From Thermodesulfobacteriota bacterium (GTDB lineage: Bacteria; Desulfobacterota; Binatia; Bin18), in assembly GCA_964291405.2 (NCBI GenBank), contig OZ219926.1, positions 2,048,001 to 2,112,000 of the forward strand: DNA of 64,000 nucleotides, read 5' to 3'. A program made the translations under genes and the position numbers. This document shows, piece by piece, positions 27,720-40,203 of the stretch. The notes beneath the pieces were generated by a model. The model was given only the letters and a program-made list of their open reading frames with translations. It was not told where the DNA came from and made no database searches. Each line of letters starts with the position of its first letter. The first letter of the stretch is position 1.

Positions 27720-28457
27720 ATGCCGAGTGACGTCAGGGATGCAAAGAGTAAACGTGTTCAGCATCTCCATGGTATTAAGGAACACGTTTACTCTTCAGGG
27801 AAAGCTGAGGGAGTTCGGGTCCTCCTGGTCCGACATGGAGAGACCATCTGGAATCAGGAAAACCGCTGGCAGGGCCAGGCCGATACGCCGCTCAGCCAGA
27901 CGGGCTATGACCAGGCGTGGCAACTCGCCCGGCGTTTCCAGCATGAAGAATGGTGTATTCAGGCGATTTACACCAGCGATCTCCGGCGGGCGCGGGACAC
28001 CGCAGATATTCTGGGCCAGGCGTTAGACGTCATGCCGGTCGAGGCGACGGCGTGGCGCGAAATGGATATTGGAACCTGGAGTGGACTGACAACCGCCGAG
28101 GTAGCAAACCGACACGCCGAGGAATGGGCACGGCTGCGACAGGGCGAAGACCTGCCACGCGGCGGAGGGGAAACATTCGCCCAGTTCCAAGGCCGCCTCG
28201 TGCAGTCGAGTCAACGTTTTGTCCGAGACCACAGGGGCGAACAGATTATCGTGGTGACCCACGGGGGCGCGGTGCGGGCTTTCCTGTTGCACTGTCGTGG
28301 TCTGAACATGAATCAATTCGGCCAGATTGAAAAAATTGGTAATACCGGCGTCAGCGAAGTCTCCCTCTTTCCAGGCGGAGAGGCCAAGATTCACATGATT
28401 AACAGCACTGCTCATCTCAACGGGGCGGTGCTGTCTGGCGAGACGGTTGACGCCTAG
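27720..28457 (+). CDS. Histidine phosphatase (PGM/CobC-like) with N-terminal extension containing a palindromic element
   Basis: LVRHGET.WN, SDL.RA..TA, GGET and VTHGG motifs. ATG 27720 is the last in-frame ATG/GTG/TTG before the RHG motif. Confidence 0.88.
   Translation: MPSDVRDAKSKRVQHLHGIKEHVYSSGKAEGVRVLLVRHGETIWNQENRWQGQADTPLSQTGYDQAWQLARRFQHEEWCIQAIYTSDLRRARDTADILGQALDVMPVEATAWREMDIGTWSGLTTAEVANRHAEEWARLRQGEDLPRGGGETFAQFQGRLVQSSQRFVRDHRGEQIIVVTHGGAVRAFLLHCRGLNMNQFGQIEKIGNTGVSEVSLFPGGEAKIHMINSTAHLNGAVLSGETVDA
27743..27796. repeat. 54-bp palindromic element, copy A
   Basis: AAAGAGTAAACGTGTTC-AGCATCTCCATGGTATTAAG-GAACACGTTTACTCTTC. 16 of 17 arm positions pair. Confidence 0.9.
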
Positions 28458-28470
28458 AGCAGAGTCACAT

Positions 28471-28540
28471 TAGGGGCCAGGGATTGAGAGTTGGGGGCTC
28501 GGTTTTCCCAATCTCTAATCCTCAGTTCCCAACACCCAAT
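28471..28540. repeat. Degenerate heptamer repeats in inverted arrangement (STRR-like)
   Basis: TAGGGGC CAGGGAT TGAGAGT TGGGGGC followed by AATCTCT AATCCTC AGTTCCC AACACCC, intergenic. Confidence 0.5.
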
Positions 28541-28566
28541 CTGAGGATAGCTCGCTGTTACATTTT

Positions 28567-30808
<2,242 letters not shown>

Positions 30809-32398
30809 TTATAAACGGATCAGTTGGGCCGACAGAATAGGGTCGAGTCTGCGTAACGCGGCCAGAACCTCAGGCGAGACCTGGTCATCGACATGAATCA
30901 GGGAGATGGCTTCTCCGCCGATTTTCTCCCGCCCCAGTTCTAGACCGGCAATATTGATTCCCAAGGTGCCGAGGAGGGTACCCACCTGGCCGACCACACC
31001 AGGAACATCTTTGTTGTTCAGCAGCAGAATCGTTCCCTCGGGAACCGCTTCCAGATGAAAATGATTGACCCGCACTAGGCGCACGGTCTGATTGCTGAAG
31101 ACCGCCCCCGCGGCAGAGTTGACACTGTCCCTGGTCTGCACGCTGACATCGATGGAATTTAAAAAATCACTGGGAGTGCTGCTGCGCGACTCGATGACGC
31201 GGATACCGCGCTCACGCGCGACAAGCGGCGCGTTCACCACATTAATCGCCTGTTCGAGAATCGGGCTGAGCACCCCGCGCAGAACCGCCGCGGTGGCTGG
31301 TGCGACCTCATACGCGGTGATTTCCCCGCTGTACTCGATATGGATCTCGCGCGGGGCGTGCGGCGTAATCTGGGCGAGAAAGCTGCCGAGCTTTTCGCCC
31401 AGGAAGAGATACGGTTCCAAAATAGCCAGTTGCTCGTGGCTCAGCGCGGGGAAATTCACCGCGTTCTGAATCACCCCGCGCTGGAGGAAATGAGCGACCT
31501 GGTCGGCAATGGCAATCGCGACGTTGATCTGAGCCTCGTCTGTGGCGGCGCCCAAATGCGGAGTGCAGATCACATCTTGTCGCTGCAAGAGGGGATGGTC
31601 TGCCGGGGGCGGCTCGTCAACAAAGACATCCAGGGCTGCGCCCGTGACTTTACCACTCTCCAGCGCTTCAAGCAGGGCGGCTTCGACGACGATCCCACCC
31701 CGTGCGCAGTTGATAATGCGCACCCCGTCTTTCATCTGGGCTAGGGCGTGAGCATCGATCAGACCGCGTGTTTCCTTGGTCAGCGGCGTGTGTACGCTAA
31801 TAAAATCCGCTTGCCGATAGAGTTCCTCAAGCGGGACGAGTTCGACGTTCATTCTGGCGGCCGCTTCTGAGGTGACGAAAGGATCGTAGGCGACGACTCG
31901 CATCCGTAGCCCTAGGGCACGTTCGGCGACAATAGTTCCGATATTGCCCAGGCCGACCAAGCCGAGCACTTTATTGCAGACTTCGGTTCCCGTGAATTGT
32001 GAACGCTGCCAGTGACCGGCCTTGAGCGAGGCGGTGGCTTGCGGAATATTGCGCGCCAGGGCGAGGAGCAGAGAGATGGCGTGCTCGGCCGTGGTGACGT
32101 TGTTCCCGCCCGGCGTGTTCATGACGACGATGCCACGTCTGGTTGCGGCCTCAACATCGATGTTATCAACGCCGATGCCGGCCCGCCCGATCACGCGCAG
32201 GTTTTGGGCTGCCGTGATGACATCCGGCGTGACTCGTGTCCCGCTCCGAATAATCAGGCCCTGATACGGGGCGATCCGCTCGGCAAGTCCCTGGTCTGTT
32301 AGTCCTGGTTGAACGGCACAGTCGATATCCGACTGGGCTTGCAGCCGCTCTACCCCCTGAGGGGCGAGCGGATCGGTAATAAGCACTTTATGTGACAT
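30809..32398 (-). CDS. serA: D-3-phosphoglycerate dehydrogenase (with ASB/ACT domains)
   Basis: RAGIGVDNID, GLGNIG, NCARGG, TPHLGAAT, C-terminal ACT (DVPGVVG). Confidence 0.95.
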   Translation of the reverse strand: MSHKVLITDPLAPQGVERLQAQSDIDCAVQPGLTDQGLAERIAPYQGLIIRSGTRVTPDVITAAQNLRVIGRAGIGVDNIDVEAATRRGIVVMNTPGGNNVTTAEHAISLLLALARNIPQATASLKAGHWQRSQFTGTEVCNKVLGLVGLGNIGTIVAERALGLRMRVVAYDPFVTSEAAARMNVELVPLEELYRQADFISVHTPLTKETRGLIDAHALAQMKDGVRIINCARGGIVVEAALLEALESGKVTGAALDVFVDEPPPADHPLLQRQDVICTPHLGAATDEAQINVAIAIADQVAHFLQRGVIQNAVNFPALSHEQLAILEPYLFLGEKLGSFLAQITPHAPREIHIEYSGEITAYEVAPATAAVLRGVLSPILEQAINVVNAPLVARERGIRVIESRSSTPSDFLNSIDVSVQTRDSVNSAAGAVFSNQTVRLVRVNHFHLEAVPEGTILLLNNKDVPGVVGQVGTLLGTLGINIAGLELGREKIGGEAISLIHVDDQVSPEVLAALRRLDPILSAQLIRL

Positions 32399-32422
32399 GC
32401 GGGTACTCGTCGCTCGGGTCAA

Positions 32423-33577
32423 TCATTCGACGGGCGGCCAACTTGGTAAGAGAACGGCTTCGGCGGCTCGGACGCCACTGCCCAACGTCAGCGTGGCTCC
32501 AAACCGACTCAGGGCCATTTCAAGGCTGCTGATCGCCGTAATGACATCAAAAGGTCCGGCATAGCCAAGGTGAGAAATGCGCACGATTTTCCCTTTGAGA
32601 TGGTCCTGTCCACCGGCAAGATCAACACCCATACGGTCGCGCATATAGGTCAGCAAACGCACGCCATCAACTGTGGACGGGAGCCATATGCCTGTTGCAG
32701 CCTGGCTTGGATGAGTCTCGGCCAAGAGACGGAGGCCCAGGGCACGCACGGCGGCATGGGTCGCGGTCATCAACAAGGTGTGGCGAGCCCAGACCTGTTC
32801 GAGCCCTTCTGCCTGGAGTTGCTGGAGCGCTTCGTGTAAGCCGCTAATCAGCGAAATAGCCGGGGTGTAGGCGGTGGTATGTTTGGCTTGTTCCGTGCGC
32901 TCCTTTTGCAGATCAAAGTAGAAACGGGGAAGCTGTGCCCGTTCCGTATGCTGCCAGGCTTTCGGGCTGAGGGCGATAAACGCCAGCCCTGGGGGCAGCA
33001 TCAGGGCCTTTTGTGAGCCGGTAATGAATACATCAATCCCGGAGCGGTCCATGGGGATATCGATTGCGCCAACCGCAGTAATGCCATCGACAATGAGCAG
33101 GGTCTCAGAGTCCCGCGTCAGGGCGGCGATGTCTCGGACCGGGTGGAGGACCGTTGTCGAAGTCTCACTGGCCTGCATCAGAATAGCCTTGGCTTTGGGC
33201 TGATGCCGTAAAGCCTTGGCTACCGCCTCGACCGTCACGGCCTGCCCCCATTCGACCGTAATCTCTTCGGTTTGCACACCGAATGCCGCGCAGATTTTCA
33301 GCCAGCGTTGGCCGAATTTCCCACCATTGACCACAATGACACGGTCTCCGGGCGAGCAGGTATTCGTGATGGCCGCTTCCATCGCCCCGGAGCCCGAGGC
33401 CGCCAGGATGAGCACGTCCTGGGTGGTTTGGAACAGCCATTGGAGGCCGCGCTGTACTTCAGCAAAGAGTCGGCTGAATTCGGGGGTCCGATGATGAATG
33501 AGGGGCTGCGACATACGCAGCAAGACATCAGGCGGCACCTGAGTCGGCCCCGGAGTGAGTAAATATCGCTTTAACAT
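32423..33577 (-). CDS. Class V PLP aminotransferase (alanine-glyoxylate/serine-pyruvate family; possible phosphoserine aminotransferase)
   Basis: LLTPGPT, HHR..EF, SETST, GSQKAL.LPPG, RISHLG. Directly upstream of serA. Confidence 0.9.
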   Translation of the reverse strand: MLKRYLLTPGPTQVPPDVLLRMSQPLIHHRTPEFSRLFAEVQRGLQWLFQTTQDVLILAASGSGAMEAAITNTCSPGDRVIVVNGGKFGQRWLKICAAFGVQTEEITVEWGQAVTVEAVAKALRHQPKAKAILMQASETSTTVLHPVRDIAALTRDSETLLIVDGITAVGAIDIPMDRSGIDVFITGSQKALMLPPGLAFIALSPKAWQHTERAQLPRFYFDLQKERTEQAKHTTAYTPAISLISGLHEALQQLQAEGLEQVWARHTLLMTATHAAVRALGLRLLAETHPSQAATGIWLPSTVDGVRLLTYMRDRMGVDLAGGQDHLKGKIVRISHLGYAGPFDVITAISSLEMALSRFGATLTLGSGVRAAEAVLLPSWPPVE

Positions 33578-33753
33578 CGGTATGCCCACGCTACACGCAT
33601 AAAAAAGCCCGGATGGGCTCCCCGTATCCAGGCTGTCAGCTCTCCCTCCCTCCTTGATCAAGACATGATGTATCGAAGCCGTGAGGCGGAGTCAATGCTC
33701 CTGCCTGACCCTTATATCCGCTCCTAACCTGCCTAAAAGTCTTTGGTTTTCGC

Positions 33754-33782
33754 TTGACACGAAAAATGGCGCATACTATAGT
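33754..33782 (+). promoter_or_regulatory. sigma70 promoter of the dcw cluster
   Basis: TTGACA (33754-33759)-N17-TATAGT (33777-33782), near consensus, upstream of mraZ. Confidence 0.8.
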
Positions 33783-33783
33783 C

Positions 33784-33810
33784 GTGGGAGAAAGTGGGAG
33801 AAAGTGGGGA
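33784..33810 (+). promoter_or_regulatory. MraZ-binding direct repeats
   Basis: GTGGGAG-AAA-GTGGGAG-AAA-GTGGGGA with 10-bp period, matching the known (G)TGGG MraZ box arrangement. Confidence 0.85.
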
Positions 33811-33823
33811 TTAGGGTAGATTC

Positions 33824-34294
33824 GTGTTTCGCGGGAGTTTTGAACATACTATTGACGAGAAAGGAAGGGTCAGTATCCCCTCGAAATTTCGAGAGATATT
33901 GGTTGGGCGGAACGATGCTCGACTGATTGTCACGAAATTTATCTTGGCATCCTTCCGCTGTCTTGATGTTTACCCCTATGCGGAATGGGAAAGCTTTGAG
34001 CAGGACCTGAGGAAAAAGCCCCGTTTTGATCAAAACTTCTTAAAAATCGAGACCTTTTATCTCTCTAATGCTCAGGAATGTGCCGTTGATAAGCAGGGCC
34101 GTATTTTAATTCCCCCGCTCCTCAGAGAATATGCCAGCCTGAAGAAGGACGTCATGTTTGCCGCTGCTCTTGAGAAATTTCGCATATGGGACAAGGCTGT
34201 ATGGCAAGAATTTAATGAAGAGTCTGAAAAAGATCTTGCCCAAGATCCACGGTTATTCAGTAATTTGAACGCAGGTATGGCAGCAGACATATAG
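33824..34294 (+). CDS. mraZ: Transcriptional regulator MraZ
   Basis: FRG.FEHTIDEKGR.SIP and DKQGRILIP..LR. First gene of the dcw cluster. Confidence 0.95.
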   Translation: MFRGSFEHTIDEKGRVSIPSKFREILVGRNDARLIVTKFILASFRCLDVYPYAEWESFEQDLRKKPRFDQNFLKIETFYLSNAQECAVDKQGRILIPPLLREYASLKKDVMFAAALEKFRIWDKAVWQEFNEESEKDLAQDPRLFSNLNAGMAADI

Positions 34295-34307
34295 GAACAG
34301 GTCCAAG

Positions 34308-35318
34308 ATGAGCAGAGCCTCCATGCACGCAGCATCTCTCTCTTCAGACTCGGTTCAGCCGATCCAAGCGGCCGGGCACATTCCGGTCATGCTGGAGCAG
34401 GTCCTCTCCTTTCTGCAACCTTGTCTTGGCGGTGATATTCTCGACGGGACGCTCGGGGGAGGCGGACACGCTGCGGCGCTGTTGGAGTCCAGTTGTGGAA
34501 AAGGCAGGCTGCTGGGGCTTGACCGTGATCCACGGGCGCTGCTGGTCGCGCGACGACGGTTAGCGCCGTTCGTCGGTCAGCATGTCACCCTTCATGCGAA
34601 TTTCAGCCAAGCGGCGGCTGTCCTGCGTGAGATGGGATGGGCAGGAGTCGATTGCATACTCCTTGACCTGGGGTTTTCCTCACTCCAAGTCGAAGACGGG
34701 GAGCGCGGCTTTAGTTTTTTACGCCCGGGGCCTCTCGATATGCGGATGGACCAAAGTGGCGGGCAGAGCGCCGCGGATATTGTGAATGCGTCCAGTGAAG
34801 AAGAATTACACCGTATTCTCCGAGAATACGGAGAAGAGCGGGCGGCCAGGGCGATTACCCGGGCAATCCTCCAGGGACGTGTACACGGGCCGATCACAAC
34901 GACGACGACTCTTGTAAAAATTATCGAGCGCAGTGTCCGCAGGCCCGCCCGCCATCAGCGGCATCGGGTCCATGCGGCGACACAGACCTTTCAGGCACTG
35001 CGCATCGCAGTAAATCAAGAACTCCAGCACTTAGCCGTATTCTTGCAGGAAGGATATACATTGCTGCGGCCTGGAGGGCGTATGGTGGTACTCTCCTACC
35101 ACTCGCTTGAAGATCGTCTGGTGAAAACCGCCTTCCGGCGCTGGGCCTCCGCCTGTATCTGTCCACCCCAACTCCAGGTATGTGCCTGTGACTGGAAACC
35201 GCAGGTCCAGGTGTTAACCCCAAAGCCGCTGACACCAACCGGCCAGGAGGTCATGGAGAATCCGCGGGCGCGGAGTGCACGCTTGCGCGCAGTGGAGCGA
35301 TGCGAAGGAGGAGGATGA
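34308..35318 (+). CDS. rsmH: 16S rRNA m4C1402 methyltransferase
   Basis: HIPVML, DGTLGGGGH, RGFSF..GPLDMRM, FQALRI.VN.EL, NPRARSA.LR. Confidence 0.96.
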   Translation: MSRASMHAASLSSDSVQPIQAAGHIPVMLEQVLSFLQPCLGGDILDGTLGGGGHAAALLESSCGKGRLLGLDRDPRALLVARRRLAPFVGQHVTLHANFSQAAAVLREMGWAGVDCILLDLGFSSLQVEDGERGFSFLRPGPLDMRMDQSGGQSAADIVNASSEEELHRILREYGEERAARAITRAILQGRVHGPITTTTTLVKIIERSVRRPARHQRHRVHAATQTFQALRIAVNQELQHLAVFLQEGYTLLRPGGRMVVLSYHSLEDRLVKTAFRRWASACICPPQLQVCACDWKPQVQVLTPKPLTPTGQEVMENPRARSARLRAVERCEGGG

Positions 35319-35590
35319 TGTGGAAGTTGCCCGGATGGGTTAAGTATGGCGTACTTGTAGCTGTCGGGCTGGCCCTGGTCCTGTCCCACCTCTGGATTCG
35401 ACTTCAGGTGGTCTCTACGGGATATACGCTTGCAGATACGCGACAGCTCATCAACGCCTTGCAAGAGGAACACCATGCCCTCACGATAGAATGGGAAGCG
35501 GCCACGGCCCCCAGTCACTTGTCTCAGCTCGCCGGCGAGCGGCTTGAACTCTCTGTGCCTCGCCCTGAGCAGATCGTTATCCTGCCGTAG
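35315..35590 (+). CDS. ftsL: Cell division protein FtsL
   Basis: Small protein with a single TM and coiled coil, between rsmH and ftsI. Confidence 0.8.
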   Translation: MMWKLPGWVKYGVLVAVGLALVLSHLWIRLQVVSTGYTLADTRQLINALQEEHHALTIEWEAATAPSHLSQLAGERLELSVPRPEQIVILP

Positions 35591-35599
35591 GAGGACCGC

Positions 35600-37558
35600 A
35601 TGTCGAGACGGATCGGTCTAATGGCGGGGATGTTGGGGTTGGGCCTGCTTCTTATTGTCGCCCGTCTTGTCCACCTCACAGTGGTGCAGAGGGATACGCT
35701 CGCGCAGCGGGCTGCTGGACAGTATCGCCACCGTGAGACCGTTACGCCACAGCGGGGTGCTATTGTTGATAGCAACGGACGGCGGTTGGCCTTTAGCGTT
35801 GGGGCTGAATCCCTCTATGTCCATCCGGCAAAACTCCCGGCCGACGTGGATGACATGGTTCCCGTGCTGGCCCGACATCTCTCTCTGCCCGCACAACAGG
35901 TCGACGCCATCCTCCATTCCTCCAAGCCGTTTGTCTGGCTCAAACGCGGGGTTTTCCCCCAAGAGGCCAGCCGTATCAAGACGCTCCGCGTGTCTGGCCT
36001 TGACAGCAAGAGCACTCAGCGCCGTGTGTACCCATACCGGACCTTAGCCGCCCCCCTGCTCGGATTTGTCAACGTGGATGCGCGAGGCTTGGAGGGGATC
36101 GAAAAGGCGTATAATCGCTATTTGCTTGGTCCAGTGAGTCATACTCTGGGTGAGCGTGACGGGCGTCAACGAGCGATCTTGATCCGTGGCGGCAGTCAGC
36201 AACCTGAAACATTCCGCGTGCGTTTGACTCTAGATACGACCCTCCAGTACGTGGCTGAGCGCGAATTGGAACGTGCCGTGCGGCACAGTCGGGCTGCGGC
36301 TGGGTCTGTAGTCATACTTGACCCTCAGACGTTTGCGATTCTTGCGCTGGCTCAGGTGCCGACCTTCGATCCGAATACGCCCGGAGATTTCCCACCTGAG
36401 ATGCGTCGTAACCGGGTGATCAGCGACTATTACGAGCCCGGATCGACGCTCAAGGCATTATTAGTTGCCGCCGCCCTGGATGCCAGACAAGTCAGCGAAA
36501 CCGACCCCATTTTTTGTGAACACGGGGCCTATCGAGTTGGCGGGCATACGATCCACGACGTTCATCCCTACGGCGAGCTCAACGTTGACGGGGTCTTGAC
36601 CAAATCGAGCAATATTGGCGCAGCGAAGATCGGCGAGCTATTGGGGAAGGAACGCTACTATAACTACCTTCGGGCCTTTGGGCTCGGACAGAAAACCGGC
36701 GTTGATTTGCCTGGAGAGATAAGCGGCGATCTCCCTTCGCTCCGGGCCTGGTCTCGGATCAGGCTGGTAACGGCCAGCTTTGGGCAGGGGGTGGCAGTGA
36801 CTCCCCTGCAGTTGGCTTGTGCCTATGCGGCGCTCGCCAACGACGGTATGCTCATGCGTCCCTATGTGGTGAGCGAAATAGTGAGCAGCACAGGGGAAGT
36901 CGTCCACGCCAACGGTCCTATCCCGATCAGGCAGGTGATTCAACCTGAAACCGCGCGGCGCATGCGGACCTTGCTTGCGCACGTTGTCGAGCCGGGGGGA
37001 ACGGGCCGACGTGCACACATTCAAGGGTTTCGGGTGGCGGGAAAAACGGGGACCTCGCAAAAACATGACCCCCGTGGCGGGTATTCGGAGACCGGTCGAA
37101 TCGCGTCCTTTATTGGCATGGTTCCCGCCGATCAGCCTCGACTGGTGATTTTAGCAGTCATCGACGAGCCCAAGACGGCCACCTACGGAGGGACGGTTGC
37201 GGCCCCAGTATTTCAAGGGATTGCCCGGCAATCCCTTGCCTACCTTGGGGTCGCGGGAAGTACGGGAGAAGGCGCAGACGTCCAATGGGCAGGCAGTCCA
37301 CATTTCTCGACCGCCAAGCTTTCCGCCGAACCCGCGTTTTCGCCCGAAGCCTATAGCACAGCAGGGGAGGACTCGTTAGCCAACCGCTCTGCCGACGACT
37401 TTATTGGTCTCAGTCTGCGGGCGGCCATGCGGAAAGCGTCTGCGAGCGGGCTGCGGGTCGTTACCCACGGGAGCGGATATGTCACGGACCAGAGGGTCCG
37501 AAATAAGGCGCAGACTGGCGAAGCGGTGTATGAACTCAGACTGGAAGCGGACGAGTGA
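35600..37558 (+). CDS. ftsI: Class B penicillin-binding protein FtsI
   Basis: RGAI.D.NG, EPGSTLK (SxxK), KSSN (SxN), GKTGT. C-terminal PASTA-like remnant. Confidence 0.95.
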   Translation: MSRRIGLMAGMLGLGLLLIVARLVHLTVVQRDTLAQRAAGQYRHRETVTPQRGAIVDSNGRRLAFSVGAESLYVHPAKLPADVDDMVPVLARHLSLPAQQVDAILHSSKPFVWLKRGVFPQEASRIKTLRVSGLDSKSTQRRVYPYRTLAAPLLGFVNVDARGLEGIEKAYNRYLLGPVSHTLGERDGRQRAILIRGGSQQPETFRVRLTLDTTLQYVAERELERAVRHSRAAAGSVVILDPQTFAILALAQVPTFDPNTPGDFPPEMRRNRVISDYYEPGSTLKALLVAAALDARQVSETDPIFCEHGAYRVGGHTIHDVHPYGELNVDGVLTKSSNIGAAKIGELLGKERYYNYLRAFGLGQKTGVDLPGEISGDLPSLRAWSRIRLVTASFGQGVAVTPLQLACAYAALANDGMLMRPYVVSEIVSSTGEVVHANGPIPIRQVIQPETARRMRTLLAHVVEPGGTGRRAHIQGFRVAGKTGTSQKHDPRGGYSETGRIASFIGMVPADQPRLVILAVIDEPKTATYGGTVAAPVFQGIARQSLAYLGVAGSTGEGADVQWAGSPHFSTAKLSAEPAFSPEAYSTAGEDSLANRSADDFIGLSLRAAMRKASASGLRVVTHGSGYVTDQRVRNKAQTGEAVYELRLEADE

Positions 37559-39117
37559 GGTGTGATGTGACGTGGTTGCGGCAGCTCCTGCCTCTTGATG
37601 CATCCGGGTTCACTGACCTCGCATTCCAGATTCATGGCCCGGCCGATATTCCGATCGAGTCGCTGGTGTATGACTCTCGCCGAGTGATGCCAGGGGCGCT
37701 CTTTTTTGCCCTTCCGGGAACAAAGACAGAGGGGACGGCCTTTCTTGAACAAGCGCTTGACCTGGGGGCACGGGCCGTTGTCGCTCCGCCAGGTACGGAG
37801 GTGCCCCCAGGTGTAACCCTTATCACCTCAGAGCAGCCACGACGGCTCCTTGGGGCAATCGCCGATCAGTTTTATCAGCGGCCGAGTGAACGGCTGACCC
37901 TGATCGGGGTGACTGGAACAAGTGGGAAAACAACAACAACGTATGTGTTGGAAGCTATAGGCAAAGCGCTGGGCTGGTCGGTTGGCGTAATCGGAACGGT
38001 GAACTATCGCTATGCAGATCAGGAGCGGCCCGCTGCCCTGACCACCCCGGAGGCGGTTGAACTGCAAGCCCTCTTATCCGACATGGTCAGAGCTGGAGTG
38101 AGTCATGTCATTATGGAGGTCTCGTCTCATGCCTTGGCCCAAGAGCGGGTCTGGGGCTGTCGCTGGGACGGTGGAGTCTTTACAAACCTTGGCCGTGACC
38201 ATCTCGATTACCATCTGAATACGGCGGCGTATTTTGCCGCAAAGGCACAGCTTTTTCGTAACGGGCTGGCCAAGTCGCCAAAACGTAGCCGCTTTGCGGT
38301 CATCAACACGGATGACCCTTGGGGCCAGAAGCTACTTACAGAGCAATTTGCCTATCCCGTGCTGACCTATAGCCTCCACCAGGATGCGACGGTCTCTGTC
38401 CGGCACGTCAACTATAGTTTGGCTGGCGTCCGGGCTGAGTTGCAGGTCGGACAAGAGATGCTTTCCGCAGCGTCGCCTTTGATTGGCGAGCCACACGTTT
38501 ATAACATCCTTGCGGCTGTCACTGTTGCACACGCCCTTGGAGCCCCACTCAAACAGGTGAGTGAAGGGATCGCTCAATGTCGCCATGTTCCAGGCCGCCT
38601 GGAAGCCCTCTCGGTCGGACAACAATTTGAGGTCTTCGTCGATTATGCCCATAAGCCCGACGCGCTGGAGAAGGCGCTGGCAGCCTTGCGGTCCCTCACA
38701 GCAAAGCGGCTGATCACCGTCTTCGGCTGCGGCGGAGATCGAGACAGAGGCAAGCGGCCGCTGATGGGCGAAGTCGCCGGCCGTTTGAGTGACGTGGTAG
38801 TTTTAACCTCGGACAATCCCCGAACCGAAAACCCGGACCAGATATTAACGGAAACGGAACCGGGACTCAGTCGGACTGGGATGACCCGCGAGGAGTCCAA
38901 CCGGGTGAGGGGAGCGGATATCCTCATAGGCTCGTATATGGTCATTGCCGATCGACGCAGCGCTATCCGACGGGCGCTGGACGAAGCCCAAGCGGGCGAT
39001 GTGGTCGTCATTGCCGGGAAGGGACACGAGGATTATCAGATTATCGGCACGACGCGCTCTCATTTTGATGATGCGGAAGAGGTCCGGCACTATCTGTCGG
39101 TGGAGGGCTGTGCGTAA
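37555..39117 (+). CDS. murE: UDP-MurNAc-tripeptide synthetase (meso-DAP type)
   Basis: [38 protein letters not shown]. Confidence 0.96.
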   Translation: MRCDVTWLRQLLPLDASGFTDLAFQIHGPADIPIESLVYDSRRVMPGALFFALPGTKTEGTAFLEQALDLGARAVVAPPGTEVPPGVTLITSEQPRRLLGAIADQFYQRPSERLTLIGVTGTSGKTTTTYVLEAIGKALGWSVGVIGTVNYRYADQERPAALTTPEAVELQALLSDMVRAGVSHVIMEVSSHALAQERVWGCRWDGGVFTNLGRDHLDYHLNTAAYFAAKAQLFRNGLAKSPKRSRFAVINTDDPWGQKLLTEQFAYPVLTYSLHQDATVSVRHVNYSLAGVRAELQVGQEMLSAASPLIGEPHVYNILAAVTVAHALGAPLKQVSEGIAQCRHVPGRLEALSVGQQFEVFVDYAHKPDALEKALAALRSLTAKRLITVFGCGGDRDRGKRPLMGEVAGRLSDVVVLTSDNPRTENPDQILTETEPGLSRTGMTREESNRVRGADILIGSYMVIADRRSAIRRALDEAQAGDVVVIAGKGHEDYQIIGTTRSHFDDAEEVRHYLSVEGCA

Positions 39118-40193
39118 TGCTGTACGCCTTTCTCTACGCCCTCCATACGACCTACTCCGGGTTTAACGTCTTTCGCTATATTACGTTCAGAACCCTGTTG
39201 GCGGGCTTATTGGCTCTGAGCGTTTCCTTTATCCTCGGGCCGTGGCTGATTGCGCGCCTGACCGCGCTTAAGGCGGGTCAGCCCATCCGCTCAGATGGAC
39301 CCGCGGCGCATCTGAGTAAAGCTGGCACGCCGACCATGGGAGGGACGTTGATCCTGTTCTCTCTCACGCTGGCGACCCTCTTGTTGGCGGACTTAACCAA
39401 TCCGTACGTCTGGTTGGTGCTGGGCGTTACTATCGGTTTTGGTTTGATTGGATTTCTCGACGATTACAAAAAACTCAGCCAGCAGAACTCGGCCGGTTTA
39501 CGTGGGAGGTATAAACTCCTGGCGCAATGTGTGATTGCCCTGGCCGCGGCCTGGTGGCTGTTTGTACAGCCGGGCTTTGACACCACGCTGACCATTCCTT
39601 TCCTCAAAGACGTTCGGCCGGCCCTGGGCTGGTGGTATATTCCCTTTGCTGCCCTTGTGGTGGTAGGAGCCTCGAATGCGGTCAATCTCACTGATGGTCT
39701 GGATGGGTTGGCCATTGGGCCGGTGATGATCGCTGGGGTGACCTATGCCATTTTCACCTATGTGAGCGGGCATAGTGGAATGGCGGAGTACTTACAGGTG
39801 CCCTATGTGGCAGGCTCCGGGGAGGTGGCCGTTTTCTGTGGAGCCCTAGCGGCCGCCGGGCTGGGCTTTTTGTGGTTTAACGCCTACCCGGCCCAGATGT
39901 TTATGGGTGATGTGGGCTCCCTCTCCCTCGGGGCGGCGCTGGGTATTGTTGCGCTGATCAGTAAACAGGAGATCGTTCTGGCGGTCGTGGGCGGTGTTTT
40001 TGTGATTGAGGCGGCCTCGGTCATCTTTCAGGTGAGCTCGTATAAATTGAGGCGGAAACGCATCTTCCGCATGGCTCCACTACACCACCATTTTGAGTTG
40101 CTGGGCTGGCCAGAGCCGCTTATCATCGTCCGCTTTTGGATTGTTTCCATTATCTGTGCGCTCGCTGCATTAAGCACGCTCAAACTGCGCTGA
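39117..40193 (+). CDS. mraY: Phospho-MurNAc-pentapeptide transferase
   Basis: [35 protein letters not shown]. Confidence 0.97.
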   Translation: MLYAFLYALHTTYSGFNVFRYITFRTLLAGLLALSVSFILGPWLIARLTALKAGQPIRSDGPAAHLSKAGTPTMGGTLILFSLTLATLLLADLTNPYVWLVLGVTIGFGLIGFLDDYKKLSQQNSAGLRGRYKLLAQCVIALAAAWWLFVQPGFDTTLTIPFLKDVRPALGWWYIPFAALVVVGASNAVNLTDGLDGLAIGPVMIAGVTYAIFTYVSGHSGMAEYLQVPYVAGSGEVAVFCGALAAAGLGFLWFNAYPAQMFMGDVGSLSLGAALGIVALISKQEIVLAVVGGVFVIEAASVIFQVSSYKLRRKRIFRMAPLHHHFELLGWPEPLIIVRFWIVSIICALAALSTLKLR

Positions 40194-40203
40194 GAAAACA
40201 AAT

